This document shows, piece by piece, positions 1-11,532 of a stretch of DNA of 64,000 bases. The notes beneath the pieces were generated by a model. That model saw nothing but the letters and a program-made list of their open reading frames with translations, ran no database searches and was not told the origin of the DNA. Position 1 is the stretch's first letter. Each line of letters begins with the position of its first letter. Both the position numbers and the translations under genes were made by a program. The stretch comes from Clostridia bacterium (GTDB taxonomy: Bacteria > Bacillota > Clostridia > TANB77 > CAG-508): NCBI GenBank assembly GCA_045643205.1, contig JAZUKI010000003.1, forward strand, positions 64,001-128,000, in the 5' to 3' direction.

Positions 1-2
1 GA

Positions 3-3000
3 TCTGTAGAAAAATATATTCCAGAAACAGATGTAGTAATTGAACTTGGTGGTGAAGATGCAAAGATTATTTACTTTGGTAAATCTATTGAACAAAGAAT
101 GAATGGAACTTGTGCTGGCGGTACTGGTGCATTCATTGATCAAATGGCTTCTTTACTAAATACTGATTCTACAGGTTTAAATGAATTAGCTAAAGATCAT
201 AAAATGATATACCCTATTGCATCTCGTTGCGGTGTTTTTGCCAAGACAGATGTTCAACCACTAATAAATGAAGGTGCTGAAAAAGCTGATATTGCTGCTT
301 CAATTTTTCAAGCAGTTGTTAATCAAACAATTTCAGGCCTTGCTTGTGGTAGACCTATTAGAGGAAAAATTGCTTTCCTTGGTGGTCCACTAAATTACTT
401 ATCTGAATTAAGAAATCGTTTTATTGAAACTTTACAATTAACAGATGAAAAAACAATAGTACCAAAAGATGCTCACTTATTAGTTGCTAAAGGTTCTGCA
501 CTTGAATCTTGTGAAAGTAAATCAATAACTAACGAAAAATTAAAATCAAAAATTAAGATGTTAGAAAGTTCTCATGATTCTACATCAAAACCTTTAAATC
601 CTTTATTTGTAACAACAAGCGAGTATGAGCAATTTAAAGAAAGACACTCAAAAGCTAAAGTTCCAAAAAAAGATTTGAAAGATTTCAAAGGTGATTGTTT
701 CCTTGGAATTGATGCTGGTTCAACAACAACTAAAATTGCATTAACTGATATGGATGATAATTTATTGTACTCAATGTATAAGAGTAATGAAGGTTCTCCT
801 TTAAAATCAGTTATGGCAATGTTAAAAGATTTATATAAAATACTACCTAAAGACGCTAAACTTAGATATAGTGGTGTTACAGGCTATGGTGAATCATTAA
901 TTAAAACTGCATTAAATGTAGATTTAGGTGAGATAGAAACAATCGCACACTATACTGCGGCAAAAAGATTTATGCCAGATGTTACTTCTATTGTTGACAT
1001 CGGTGGTCAAGACATGAAGTACATTAAAATTAAAGATGGTTCTATAAACAACATAATGTTGAATGAAGCATGTTCTTCAGGATGTGGTTCATTTATAGAA
1101 ACATTTTCTAAAAGTTTAAATTTACCTATTGAAGAATTTGTTGAAGCAGCTTTAGAATCTCGTTCACCTGTTGACTTAGGTTCTAGATGTACTGTTTTCA
1201 TGAATTCTAAAATTAAGCAAGCACAAAAAGAAGGTTCAACAGTCGGAGATATTTCTGCTGGTCTTTCTTATTCAGTTATTAAAAATGCTATTCAAAAGGT
1301 TATGAAAATTAGAGATGTAGAAACACTTGGAAATAATATAGTTGTTCAAGGAGGTACATTCTATAATGATGCAATTTTAAGAGCCTTTGAATTAATTGTT
1401 GGTAAAGAAGTTATTCGTCCTGATATAGCAGGTTTAATGGGAGCTTATGGTGTTGCCATTATCGCTAAAGAACAATACGAAGCAAACTTAGATATGACTT
1501 ATCATTCAACAATTTCTAGCGAAGAAGATATTGATAAATTAGAAATTAAAACAAATCATGTTCGTTGCCAAGGATGTGAAAACCATTGCTTATTAACAAT
1601 TAATATTTTCAATAATGGTCAAAGACATATTAGCGGTAATAGATGTGAAAAGGGTGCTGGTATAGTTAATAAAACAGGTGCCCTTCCTAACATTTATAAA
1701 TATAAACAAGAAAGATTATTTGATTATTACAAGCCTCTTTCTGAAGAAGAAGCAACTCGTGGAACTATTGGTATTCCTAGAGTTTTAAATATGTATGAGG
1801 ATTATCCTTTCTGGTTTACTTTCCTAACAAAATTAGGATTTAGAGTAATTATCAGTGAAAAATCAAATAGAAAAACTTATGAAAAAGGAATGGAATCCAT
1901 GCCATCTGAATCAGTATGTTACCCTGCAAAACTTTCACATGGTCATATTGTAAGTTTGATTCAACAAGGTATTAAAACAATTTTCTATCCTTGTATTCCT
2001 TATTCAAGAAAAGAATTTTCACAAGCTGACAATCATTATAATTGTCCAATTGTTATTTCTTATTCAGAAGTTTTGAAAAACAATGTTGAAGAATTAAAAG
2101 ATGTTAAATTTATTAATCCATTCTTACCTTTTGACGTTAAGAAATTAGTAGAAACAATTCAAGACTTACCTGAATTTAAAGAATATAAATTTAAGAAACA
2201 TGAACTTATGCAAGCTGCAAAAGCTGCAGAAGAAGAATATCAACACTTTAAAGATGATGTACAAGCTGAAGGTCAAAAAGCACTTGATTATATAGAAAAA
2301 AATAATGCTCGTGGAATTGTTTTAGCTGGACGTCCATATCATGTTGATCCAGAAGTTAACCATGGTATTGATACATTAATTACCTCATTAGGATTAGTTG
2401 TTTTATCTGAAGATAGTATTCAAAATCAAGCTGATATTAGACACAATTTAAGAGTTGTTAATCAATGGGTTTACCACTCTCGTCTTTACGCAGCAGCTGA
2501 TTTCGTAGGACAAAGAGCTAATTTAGAATTAGTACAACTAAATTCATTTGGTTGTGGTGTTGATGCTGTTACTACTGATCAAGTAGATGAAATTTTATCA
2601 AGCTATGACAAAATGTATACATTAATTAAAATTGATGAAGTTAATAACTTAGGTGCTGTTAAAATTAGAATACGTTCACTTCTAGCTAGTATGAATAAAC
2701 GTATGCAAGCTACTAAGACTGAATCTTATACTAAATTGTTAGATGATGATTTTGACCTTGGTAATTATGAAAGAAATAGAGTTGAATATACTAAAGAAAT
2801 GAATGACTCTGGTTATACAATCTTATGTCCACAAATGGCTCCAATTCATTTTGAAATACTTGAAGAAGCTGTTAAATCATGTGGTTATAACTTTGTTGTT
2901 TTAAAAGAATGTACTGAACATACAGTTGAAATTGGATTAAAGTATGTAAATAATGATGCTTGTTATCCATCAATTTTAACTACAGGACAATTAATAGAAG

Positions 3001-4031
3001 CTTTACAATCAGGTAAATATGATATTAATAAAACTGCAGTTATAATGTCTCAAACTGGTGGTGGATGTAGAGCTACAAACTATATAGGTTTCATTAGAAA
3101 AGCAATGAAAGATGCTGGATACTCAAATGTTCCTGTTGTTTCATTCAATGTTGTTGGTATGGAAAAGATGACAGGTTTCAAACTAACACCTAAATTAATT
3201 GGTAGACTTTCTAAAGCTGTTATCTACGGTGACTTACTTCAAAAGCTTGCTGCAAGAAACAGAGCTTATGAAGTTAATAAAGGCGATACACAAAAAGTTT
3301 ATGATAAATGGCTTACCAAGTGTAAACACTTGGTTCATGGAACTACATTTAAAGAATTTAAAAAGAGTTTATATGACATGGTTGATGACTTTGAAGAAAT
3401 TAAAGTTGATATGTCAAAACAAAAACCTAAAGTTGGAATCGTTGGTGAAGTATTAATTAAGTATCAACCATTTGGAAACAACTTTGTTGGACAAAAGTTA
3501 GAAGATGCTGGTTGTGAGGTTATTTATCCTGAATTTATGGGCTTCATTAAGTTTATCGCTACCCATAAAATTACATTTAATCAATTAATTAAAACAAACT
3601 CAAAATCAGCCAGAATTTTCAAGGTTGTTATTAAATTAATAGAATTAATAGAGAAAGATATAAAAACGGCTCTATTGACATCCTCGAAAGAATACTTGCT
3701 ACCTGCAAACATCTTTGAACTAGAAAAAAATGTAGATGACATTTTATCAATTGGAAATCAAACTGGTGAAGGATGGTTTTTAACTGCAGAGATGGTTGAG
3801 TATATTGAAAATGGAATTACAAATATTGTTTGTGTTCAACCTTTTGCTTGCTTACCAAACCATGTTGTTGGTAAAGGTGTTATAAAAACAATTAGAGATA
3901 AATATCCTATGGCTAATATCTCTCCTATTGATTATGATCCTGGTGCATCAGAAGCAAACCAAACAAATAGATTAAAATTATTAATTGCTGTTGCAAAAGA
4001 TAATTTAAAAAATGAACAAAATAATGATTAA
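3..4031 (+). CDS. 2-hydroxyacyl-CoA dehydratase activator-family multidomain protein (CoA-substrate-specific enzyme activase), 5' end outside window
   Basis: Frame is open from position 3 (SVEKYIPETDVVIELGGEDAK...). Two BadF/BcrAD ASKHA ATPase modules (CAGGTG, GIDAGSTTTK, DIGGQD, CSSGCGSF) are followed by DUF2229-like regions (SESVCYPAK, NNDACYP). Confidence 0.88.
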   Translation, partial: SVEKYIPETDVVIELGGEDAKIIYFGKSIEQRMNGTCAGGTGAFIDQMASLLNTDSTGLNELAKDHKMIYPIASRCGVFAKTDVQPLINEGAEKADIAASIFQAVVNQTISGLACGRPIRGKIAFLGGPLNYLSELRNRFIETLQLTDEKTIVPKDAHLLVAKGSALESCESKSITNEKLKSKIKMLESSHDSTSKPLNPLFVTTSEYEQFKERHSKAKVPKKDLKDFKGDCFLGIDAGSTTTKIALTDMDDNLLYSMYKSNEGSPLKSVMAMLKDLYKILPKDAKLRYSGVTGYGESLIKTALNVDLGEIETIAHYTAAKRFMPDVTSIVDIGGQDMKYIKIKDGSINNIMLNEACSSGCGSFIETFSKSLNLPIEEFVEAALESRSPVDLGSRCTVFMNSKIKQAQKEGSTVGDISAGLSYSVIKNAIQKVMKIRDVETLGNNIVVQGGTFYNDAILRAFELIVGKEVIRPDIAGLMGAYGVAIIAKEQYEANLDMTYHSTISSEEDIDKLEIKTNHVRCQGCENHCLLTINIFNNGQRHISGNRCEKGAGIVNKTGALPNIYKYKQERLFDYYKPLSEEEATRGTIGIPRVLNMYEDYPFWFTFLTKLGFRVIISEKSNRKTYEKGMESMPSESVCYPAKLSHGHIVSLIQQGIKTIFYPCIPYSRKEFSQADNHYNCPIVISYSEVLKNNVEELKDVKFINPFLPFDVKKLVETIQDLPEFKEYKFKKHELMQAAKAAEEEYQHFKDDVQAEGQKALDYIEKNNARGIVLAGRPYHVDPEVNHGIDTLITSLGLVVLSEDSIQNQADIRHNLRVVNQWVYHSRLYAAADFVGQRANLELVQLNSFGCGVDAVTTDQVDEILSSYDKMYTLIKIDEVNNLGAVKIRIRSLLASMNKRMQATKTESYTKLLDDDFDLGNYERNRVEYTKEMNDSGYTILCPQMAPIHFEILEEAVKSCGYNFVVLKECTEHTVEIGLKYVNNDACYPSILTTGQLIEALQSGKYDINKTAVIMSQTGGGCRATNYIGFIRKAMKDAGYSNVPVVSFNVVGMEKMTGFKLTPKLIGRLSKAVIYGDLLQKLAARNRAYEVNKGDTQKVYDKWLTKCKHLVHGTTFKEFKKSLYDMVDDFEEIKVDMSKQKPKVGIVGEVLIKYQPFGNNFVGQKLEDAGCEVIYPEFMGFIKFIATHKITFNQLIKTNSKSARIFKVVIKLIELIEKDIKTALLTSSKEYLLPANIFELEKNVDDILSIGNQTGEGWFLTAEMVEYIENGITNIVCVQPFACLPNHVVGKGVIKTIRDKYPMANISPIDYDPGASEANQTNRLKLLIAVAKDNLKNEQNND

Positions 4032-4054
4032 AACGTTTTAGAAAGGAGTGCCTC

Positions 4055-4540
4055 ATGAGCAAATTTACACCCAAAGAAACATATCGTAAAATATCTGATA
4101 TAAGTTTAGACTACTTAGAAAACGATGTAGGAATTAAGGGTTTAATATTTGATTTTGATGGCACTCTTCAACTAAAATGGCATGTTTCAAAATCAACATT
4201 TGAATTCATAAAAGAAGCCAAAGCTAGTGGACTTAAGGTTTCTGTAGTAAGTAATAATATTCATATTAATGATTTCTTAATTAGAAAAATGAATATAGTT
4301 TCAGTTAAAAAATTTGCTTTAAAACCTTTTAAAAAATCTCTTTTAGATATGGCCAAAAGAATGAAATTACAACCTGAGCAAATTGCTTTTGTTGGAAACA
4401 ATAGATTTACAGATATTTTTGGAGCTAATAGAGCTGGAATGTATTCAATTTATATTCAAAACAATATTAATAATTTTTTTACTAAGCACAGAACAAAAAA
4501 TTCATTAGAAAACAAAGGTATTAATAAAATAGATGATTAG
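4055..4540 (+). CDS. YqeG-like HAD IIIA phosphatase
   Basis: DFDGTL motif I, VSNN, KP, VGNNRFTDIFGANRAG; SD GAAAGGAG. Confidence 0.8.
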   Translation: MSKFTPKETYRKISDISLDYLENDVGIKGLIFDFDGTLQLKWHVSKSTFEFIKEAKASGLKVSVVSNNIHINDFLIRKMNIVSVKKFALKPFKKSLLDMAKRMKLQPEQIAFVGNNRFTDIFGANRAGMYSIYIQNNINNFFTKHRTKNSLENKGINKIDD

Positions 4541-4629
4541 TCCTTTATTATTCTTAACATTTATTAATACAATTGTTGACACACGCTTTTAAATGTGCTA
4601 ATATAACTATGTTGCAAAATTGCAAACAC

Positions 4630-4721
4630 GCAGAGGTGGTCGAGTTGGTTGATGGCACCAGTCTTGAAAATTGGCAAGGGTTTATAGCCCTTCGTGGGTT
4701 CGAATCCCACCCTCTGCGCCA
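4630..4721 (+). tRNA. tRNA-Ser(UGA)
   Basis: GCAGAGG/CCTCTGC acceptor stem, CCAGT-CT-TGA-AA-ATTGG anticodon arm, long variable arm, GGTTCGAATCC, encoded CCA. Confidence 0.95.
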
Positions 4722-4754
4722 TTTTTTTATTTAAAATTTATTAACCAAACACAT

Positions 4755-4846
4755 GGAGATTTACCCAAGTGGTTGAAGGGGACAGTTTGCTAAACTGTTA
4801 GGGTTCGTTTAGGGCCGCGAGAGTTCAAATCTCTCAATCTCCGCCA
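4755..4846 (+). tRNA. tRNA-Ser(GCU)
   Basis: GGAGATT/AATCTCC acceptor stem, ACAGT-TT-GCT-AA-ACTGT anticodon arm, long variable arm, encoded CCA. Confidence 0.95.
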
Positions 4847-4847
4847 T

Positions 4848-4880
4848 AAAAAAAGATATGATTTAATCATATCTTTTTTT
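4848..4880. terminator. Bidirectional intrinsic terminator
   Basis: A-tract-GATATGA-tttaa-TCATATC-T-tract between convergent units. Confidence 0.75.
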
Positions 4881-4949
4881 ATTTTATATATATTTAATTT
4901 TGTTATTTTTAATATACTTTTATAAACCTTCTTTATTTATGCGTAATTT

Positions 4950-5423
4950 TTATTGTTTAACATTCATTGCAATTTTCAATGCATCTGTTTCTTCTACAGA
5001 CAATGTTGAATTTGCTTTTCCTTCATTTATTGATTTAGCAAATACATTTGATCCATCAATACTATAAACACTATTAAGAATTACTCCTGTATTTTCTCTA
5101 TTTAATAATGCAATTGCAAAACTTAATTTATTTCTTGTATTACTATATGCATCATATTTAATAATTCCAATTTTGCTTACGGATTTAAGCGAATCATCGT
5201 TTAGCTTTCTGCAAAACTCAATTATTTCATCATCTCTTTTATCAATTTCATTTACTTTTTCAATATATGTTTTTAATATTTCAGTTATGTCTTGTCCTTT
5301 ACCTAAACTTAGTGCAAGTCTTTCATAACGATATTTAGTTTTTAATGTTAATAATAAACTTATAGTTGCAATAGTTAGTGTGCTAACTATTAATACTAAT
5401 TCTACAATATCTATAGCTTCCAC
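4950..5423 (-). CDS. DUF4446-family membrane protein
   Basis: N-terminal TM helix, KYDAY...LSFAIALL...G..LNS.Y...YAK-like pattern, conserved position after parB in Clostridia. Confidence 0.8.
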   Translation of the reverse strand: MEAIDIVELVLIVSTLTIATISLLLTLKTKYRYERLALSLGKGQDITEILKTYIEKVNEIDKRDDEIIEFCRKLNDDSLKSVSKIGIIKYDAYSNTRNKLSFAIALLNRENTGVILNSVYSIDGSNVFAKSINEGKANSTLSVEETDALKIAMNVKQ

Positions 5424-5432
5424 GAAACGTTT

Positions 5433-6299
5433 CTATCCCTTTCTTATTAAGCTTAGCATCCTCTCTAATTCATCATTTGTAGAATATTGAATAATAATTT
5501 TTCCGCTATGAGCGCCTGCATTTAATTTTACTTTTGTTCCAAAAAAGTCTTGGAATGAATCCTCTATATCTCTATATACAGCCTCATATTTTTTATTTTT
5601 CTTTGGCATTTTCTTTTTTCTTTTTACTATATCTTCAATATCTTTTACAGTACTTCCTTTTTCAATTATATTAAGTGCTGCTTGATATTGTTCATCACCG
5701 TCAGTTATTGCTAATAAAGTTTTGCAATGTCCTTCTGATAATTTTCCTTCAGCTGCAAGCTCTAAGACTCTAGAATCAAGGTTTAGAAGTCTTAATGTAT
5801 TTGTTGCATATGTTCTACTAATACCTAATTTATCTGCTAGCTGTTGTTGTGTCATATTATAATTATCTATTAATTCTTTATATCCAAATGCTTTTTCAAT
5901 TGGATTTAAATTTTCTCTTTGTATATTTTCTATTAAAGAAATTTCTTTATTCTTTTGTTCATCTTCATCTCTGACAATACATGGTATCTTCTCCAAACCC
6001 GCTAATTTAGAGGCTCTCCATCTTCTTTCACCAGCTATAATTCTATAATATTTTCCTTTATTTTCAACAACGATAGGTTGAATTAATCCATAATTTTTAA
6101 TTGATGCAGCTAATTCATTTAAAGCTTCTTCATCAAATTTCTTTCTTGCTTGTGTTGGATTTGGTTCAATATCAACGATTTTGATATTTTTAATTTTATC
6201 ATCATCACTTTGTACAACTTCTTTTTTCATTTCAGAAAGAACTTTACTTTCAGAAAATAACGCGTCAAGTCCTTTTCCTAATCCTGAGTTTTTTGCCAT
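5433..6299 (-). CDS. parB: ParB/Spo0J chromosome partitioning protein
   Basis: GLGKGLDAL, IIAGERRWRA, LIENIQRENLNPIE, HTH. Confidence 0.95.
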   Translation of the reverse strand: MAKNSGLGKGLDALFSESKVLSEMKKEVVQSDDDKIKNIKIVDIEPNPTQARKKFDEEALNELAASIKNYGLIQPIVVENKGKYYRIIAGERRWRASKLAGLEKIPCIVRDEDEQKNKEISLIENIQRENLNPIEKAFGYKELIDNYNMTQQQLADKLGISRTYATNTLRLLNLDSRVLELAAEGKLSEGHCKTLLAITDGDEQYQAALNIIEKGSTVKDIEDIVKRKKKMPKKNKKYEAVYRDIEDSFQDFFGTKVKLNAGAHSGKIIIQYSTNDELERMLSLIRKG

Positions 6300-6339
6300 T
6301 TGTATATCCTCTTTTCTTTAATTATTAATACAATTATTA

Positions 6340-7104
6340 CTATTGTTCATTCTTCTTTAAAAACTCTTTAACCAGTTTTTCGTAGGCACGTCCGCCTTTT
6401 GAGAATGGATCATAACTTGAAATAGGTTCTCCATAACTTGGTGCTTCACTTAGTCTAACATTTCTTGGAATTAATGTTTCAAAAACTCTATTTTCAAAAA
6501 ACTTTTTAACTTGTTCCACTACTTGATTTGAAAGTTTTGTACGTGGATCATACATTGTTAATAAAGCACCTTCAACAGTTAAATGTTTATTATAATATTT
6601 TCTAACTAAATCAACTGTTTTTAATAATTCTCCAACTCCTTCAAGTGCAAAGTATTCGCATTGTACAGGAATTAATACACTATCAGATGCAGTTAATGCA
6701 TTTAATGTAATTAGTCCTAATGATGGTGGGCAATCAATAATTATATAATCATAATTATCACGAGCATTATCAATTTTTTCTTTTAATCTATATTCTCTTC
6801 CCATTGCATTAACAAGCTCAACCTCAGCACCAGCAAGGCTTAGATTGGTTGGACATAAATCTAGATTTTTAATATCACATTGTTGAATTGCATTTACTAT
6901 TTCAACATCATTAATTAAAATATCATATGTTGAAAATTGACAATCCTTACTAACCCCAAGCCCACTTGTAGCGTTACCTTGAGGATCTGCATCTATTAAC
7001 AAAGTTTTCTTTCCCTTTTTTGCTAACATAGATGATAAATTTATTGCAGTCGTAGTTTTTCCTACTCCGCCTTTTTGATTTGCAATTGAAACTACTTTTC
7101 CCAA
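6340..7104 (-). CDS. parA: ParA/Soj ATPase
   Basis: NQKGGVGKTT, DADPQGNAT, IIDCPPSLG; probable TTG start at 7104 after SD GGAGG. Confidence 0.95.
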   Translation of the reverse strand: MGKVVSIANQKGGVGKTTTAINLSSMLAKKGKKTLLIDADPQGNATSGLGVSKDCQFSTYDILINDVEIVNAIQQCDIKNLDLCPTNLSLAGAEVELVNAMGREYRLKEKIDNARDNYDYIIIDCPPSLGLITLNALTASDSVLIPVQCEYFALEGVGELLKTVDLVRKYYNKHLTVEGALLTMYDPRTKLSNQVVEQVKKFFENRVFETLIPRNVRLSEAPSYGEPISSYDPFSKGGRAYEKLVKEFLKKNEQ

Positions 7105-7183
7105 AATTATTTCCTCCAATCGACTTATAATATATAACAAAAACAAGCGATCTGTCAATACAAACCGCTTGTTATTATTCGCC

Positions 7184-7867
7184 TTAAAGTGGCATTTTTG
7201 AAGGTGTCCCAGCCTTTCTAGGATATTTTTTATTTGTTTCTTTTATTTTTCGAATAATTAAAACATTTCTTTCATTATCTGTTCCTGCAAGATTAAATTT
7301 TTTTCTATTTTCTATTTTGCAATTAAGTTCTTTTAATGCATTTGAAGCATTTTTTATTTCTTCATCAACATTAGGGCCTTTCATTACGATTATCTTTCCA
7401 TTTACTTTAGCAAATGGTGCTAAATATTCTATTAACGTAGAGAGATTGGCTACAGCCCTTGATACAACTATATCATACTGTTCTCTATATTTTTTGTTTT
7501 GCCCCATTTCTTCTGCTCTTCCATGAACAGCTTCGATATTTTCAAGTTTTAACTTATCAATAACATTATTTAAGAAGTTTATTCTTTTATTTAATGAATC
7601 CATTAAAGTAATATTTAATGTTCTATTATATATTTTTAAAGGAATTCCTGGGAAACCTGCACCTGTTCCTAAATCGAGGACTTTGCTTCCATCCTCTAAT
7701 TCTTCTCTAATTGAAAGTGAATCTACAAAATGTTTTAAAATAAAATCATCATGATCTGTAATTGCTGTTAAATTTATATTTTTATTCCACTCAATTGTTT
7801 CAGTTTCATAAAAATCGAAATTTTTGTATTGTTCTTCACTTAATTCTATATAATCTTTTAAATCCAT
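7184..7867 (-). CDS. rsmG: 16S rRNA m7G527 methyltransferase
   Basis: NLTAIT, KHFVDSL, DLGTGAGFPGIPL, VSRAVA, YPRKAGTP. Confidence 0.95.
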   Translation of the reverse strand: MDLKDYIELSEEQYKNFDFYETETIEWNKNINLTAITDHDDFILKHFVDSLSIREELEDGSKVLDLGTGAGFPGIPLKIYNRTLNITLMDSLNKRINFLNNVIDKLKLENIEAVHGRAEEMGQNKKYREQYDIVVSRAVANLSTLIEYLAPFAKVNGKIIVMKGPNVDEEIKNASNALKELNCKIENRKKFNLAGTDNERNVLIIRKIKETNKKYPRKAGTPSKMPL

Positions 7868-7943
7868 ACTATTTCCTCTATTTTTATTTACTTTTTAACT
7901 TTTTTAATATTCTGTCCTTATATTTTTAAATCTTTTATAATAT

Positions 7944-9824
7944 TTATTTGTTCTTAATAGTTTCTAAATAAATTAGTAATACTGTAACGTCTGCTGGTGA
8001 AACGCCTGATATTCTTGATGCTTGGCCTACTGATGTAGGTTTTACTTTGTTAAGTTTTTGTCTTGCTTCTAATCTTAAACCTTCTATAGTAGAATAATCT
8101 GTATCTGGAGATAATTTCTTATCCTCCATCTTTTTGAATCTTTCTACTTGCCCTTCTTCTAATTTTATATAGCCATCATATTTTACTTGAATTTCTACTT
8201 CTTTTTGTTCTTGTAAAGTTAATCCATCTGGTCTATCTTTATCTATTTCTTTTAATAAATTATAATTCATTTCTGTTCTTTTTAAAAGGTCTGAAAGTCT
8301 TATTCCTGTAAGGATTTCACTAGAATTGTTTTTTCTTAAAAACTCATTTACTTCTTCATTTGGTTTAATTATAACATTTTCAATTCTATTTATTTCATCT
8401 TCTATGTGTTTCTTTTTCTCAAGGAACTTATTATATCTTTCATCTGATATTAATCCAACATTATGTCCGATTTCAGTTAATCTTAAATCCGCATTATCTT
8501 GTCTTAATAATAATCTATATTCTGCTCTTGAAGTCATCATTCTATATGGCTCATTAGTTCCTTTTGTTACTATATCATCAATTAAAACACCTATGTAAGC
8601 TTGTGATCTATTAAGGATTACAGGTTCTTTACCTTTAATTTTTTGTGCAGCATTTATTCCTGCAATTAAACCTTGACCTGCTGCTTCTTCATATCCAGAT
8701 GTTCCATTAATTTGTCCTGCAAAGAACATTCCTTCAATTGTTTTATGTTCCAATGATAACTTTAATTCTTGAGGATCAATACAATCATATTCAATTGCAT
8801 ATGCTGGACGTGTAAATTCACAATGTTCAAGTCCTGCAATTGTATGATACATCTCTATTTGAACTTCTTCTGGTAATGATGAACTCATTCCTTGAATATA
8901 CATTTCATCTGTTCCTCTACCTATTGGTTCAACAAATAATTGATGTCTTTGTTTGTCAGCAAACCTTACTACTTTATCTTCTATAGATGGACAATATCTA
9001 GGACCTACACCATGTATTCTACCTGAATATAATGGAGATCTATCTAAGTTCTTTCTAATTATTTCATGTGTTCTTTCATTAGTATATGTTAAATAGCAAT
9101 CCATTTGATTATCATCATGATCAAAATCATTTTCTAATGAAAATGGTTCTATTATATCATCACCTTTTTCAACTTCCATCTTAGAAAAATCAATACTTCT
9201 TCTATTTATTCTAGCTGGTGTTCCTGTTTTAAATCTATTTATTGTAATGCCAAGTTTTTTCAATACATCAGATAACTTATTTGCTGCAGAAACTCCATCT
9301 GGACCAGATTCATAAGAAACTTCTCCTATATGAATTGCTCCTTTCAAATATGTTCCTGTAGCTAATACTACTGCATCTACATCATATATTGCACCAACAT
9401 TTGTTTCTACTGACTTAATTTTATTATTTTCTACTGTTATATCAACTATTTCACCTTGTTTTAAGAATAGATTTGGTGTCTCCTCTAATCTCTTTTTCAT
9501 TTCTTCTTGATATTTTTTTCTATCTGCTTGTGCTCTTAATGAATGTACTGCAGGTCCTTTAGAAGTATTTAGCATTTTTAATTGTACGTAGGTTTTATCA
9601 ATGTTTTTACCCATTTCTCCACCTAAACAATCAATTTCTCTTACTATATGGCCTTTACTACTTCCACCAATATGTGGATTACATGGCATATTTGCTATAC
9701 ATTCTAAGCTAATAGAAAACACTAGTGTTTTCATTCCTAATCTTGCTGCTGCTAATCCTGCTTCACATCCTGCATGACCTGCTCCTATTACTGCTACATC
9801 ATACTTTCCAGCGTAATAACTCAT
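7944..9824 (-). CDS. mnmG: tRNA uridine-5-carboxymethylaminomethyl modification enzyme MnmG (GidA)
   Basis: [47 protein letters not shown]. Confidence 0.97.
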   Translation of the reverse strand: MSYYAGKYDVAVIGAGHAGCEAGLAAARLGMKTLVFSISLECIANMPCNPHIGGSSKGHIVREIDCLGGEMGKNIDKTYVQLKMLNTSKGPAVHSLRAQADRKKYQEEMKKRLEETPNLFLKQGEIVDITVENNKIKSVETNVGAIYDVDAVVLATGTYLKGAIHIGEVSYESGPDGVSAANKLSDVLKKLGITINRFKTGTPARINRRSIDFSKMEVEKGDDIIEPFSLENDFDHDDNQMDCYLTYTNERTHEIIRKNLDRSPLYSGRIHGVGPRYCPSIEDKVVRFADKQRHQLFVEPIGRGTDEMYIQGMSSSLPEEVQIEMYHTIAGLEHCEFTRPAYAIEYDCIDPQELKLSLEHKTIEGMFFAGQINGTSGYEEAAGQGLIAGINAAQKIKGKEPVILNRSQAYIGVLIDDIVTKGTNEPYRMMTSRAEYRLLLRQDNADLRLTEIGHNVGLISDERYNKFLEKKKHIEDEINRIENVIIKPNEEVNEFLRKNNSSEILTGIRLSDLLKRTEMNYNLLKEIDKDRPDGLTLQEQKEVEIQVKYDGYIKLEEGQVERFKKMEDKKLSPDTDYSTIEGLRLEARQKLNKVKPTSVGQASRISGVSPADVTVLLIYLETIKNK

Positions 9825-10028
9825 TTTTCTTCCTCTTTCTTTTATATTTTTTTCTTTATATTCTTTTATTTTTATTATTTTGCCTATTTGTTAATTTATA
9901 TTTACTATGTTCTTGATTTTTATGAAACAAAAACAAATATACATTTTAAAAACTCCTGTTTCCGTAACCCCTTTTATCTATTGCTTTACACATTATTTTG
10001 TTGTTTTGTTTTGTCATTTTAATTAGAA

Positions 10029-11396
10029 CTATTTTCCTAGACAAAAATTCTTAAATATCTCATTAATAATGTCTTCTGAAATATTTCTACCTGTTATTTC
10101 TCCTAAATCTTCTAATGCTTGTTTAATATATATAGCTGAAATATCTACTGGTGTATCAATCTCTAGAGAATCAATAGCTTGAGATACATTATTTATTGCT
10201 TTTTGTATTTGGTTTTTATGTCTTTCATTTGTAATTATGATTTCATTATTTTCTGATATTTCATTTAATTTGAACATTTCTTCTATTTTTGAATATAGTT
10301 CTTCTATTCCTTCTCCTGTTAATGCTGATACTTTTATTATTGGTTTACCTGTTTCTTTTAACTTTGCTTCTAATTCATTGTTTTCTTCATCTATATCATT
10401 TTTATTTATTATTATAATTGTGTTTTTATCTTCTATTATTTTGATAATTTCTTCATCTTCATCATCAAATTTTCTTGATTTATCAAACAATGAAATTAGT
10501 AATTCTGCTTCATTTGCTAGTTTTTTTGCCTTTTTGACACCTATTTTTTCAATCTCATTTTCTGTGTTTCTTATTCCTGCTGTATCTACTAAATTTAAAA
10601 TTATTCCATTTACATTTAATTGTTCTTCTATTGTATCTCTTGTTGTGCCTTCTATATTGCTTACTATTGCTCTATCTTCTTTTAATAGTGCATTTAATAG
10701 TGATGACTTTCCTGCATTAGGTTTTCCTAATATTACTGTTCTTATTCCGTTTTTTAATAGCTTTCCTTGATTAAAACTATTTTTTAATTTATCCAAATCT
10801 TCTCTTATTTCTTTTAGTTCTTTTACTGCATCTCTATTAGCAACTTCTTCTATATCATATTCCGGATAATCTACGGTTACTTCAATTGCAGTGATTGTAC
10901 TAAATAATTTTTGTTCAATATTATCTATCTTTTTTGATAAACTTCCTTCTAGTTGTTTTGCAGATTCTTTAGATTCTTTTTCTGTTTTAGAATTAATTAA
11001 ATCCATTACTGCTTCTGCTTGAGATAAATCGATTCTCCCATTTAAAAACGCTCTTTTAGTGAATTCTCCTGGTGTTGCAAGCTCAGCTCCATTCTTTAAA
11101 CATAATTCTAATATTTTTCTTTCAACTACCATTCCACCATGTGTGTTTATTTCGCACATATTTTCCTTTGTAAAGCTTTTTGGTGCGACAAAGTATGAAA
11201 CTAAGACCTCATCTATAAAAACGTCTTTATCGACAATTTTGCCGTATTTAATGGTATATCCTTTTATTTCTTCTGAACTGTTCTTTGGAATAAATATTTT
11301 ATTTAGTATTTCAAAACATTCTTTTCCTGACATTCTAACAATTCCTATTCCCCCATTTCCTTGAGCTGTAGAAATTGCACAAATTGTATTACTCAT
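10029..11396 (-). CDS. mnmE: tRNA modification GTPase MnmE
   Basis: GKPNAGKSS, GTTRD, DTAG, C-terminal FCLGK; start moved to the ATG at 11396 after GGAGG. Confidence 0.97.
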   Translation of the reverse strand: MSNTICAISTAQGNGGIGIVRMSGKECFEILNKIFIPKNSSEEIKGYTIKYGKIVDKDVFIDEVLVSYFVAPKSFTKENMCEINTHGGMVVERKILELCLKNGAELATPGEFTKRAFLNGRIDLSQAEAVMDLINSKTEKESKESAKQLEGSLSKKIDNIEQKLFSTITAIEVTVDYPEYDIEEVANRDAVKELKEIREDLDKLKNSFNQGKLLKNGIRTVILGKPNAGKSSLLNALLKEDRAIVSNIEGTTRDTIEEQLNVNGIILNLVDTAGIRNTENEIEKIGVKKAKKLANEAELLISLFDKSRKFDDEDEEIIKIIEDKNTIIIINKNDIDEENNELEAKLKETGKPIIKVSALTGEGIEELYSKIEEMFKLNEISENNEIIITNERHKNQIQKAINNVSQAIDSLEIDTPVDISAIYIKQALEDLGEITGRNISEDIINEIFKNFCLGK

Positions 11397-11532
11397 AGAT
11401 TCCTCCATAAATTAAAAAAGAGATCAAATTTCAAATTTATGAAACATACAATAATCCTAATAATTAGGCTATTCTTTAATAATTGTTTCATAAATACGAC
11501 CTTTGACCTCGATATTTATAAATTATTTAATT

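Noticed and set aside
4630-4721. Selenocysteine or suppressor tRNA
   Set aside because: The anticodon is UGA (reads UCA Ser), not UCA, and the acceptor stem is a normal 7 bp.
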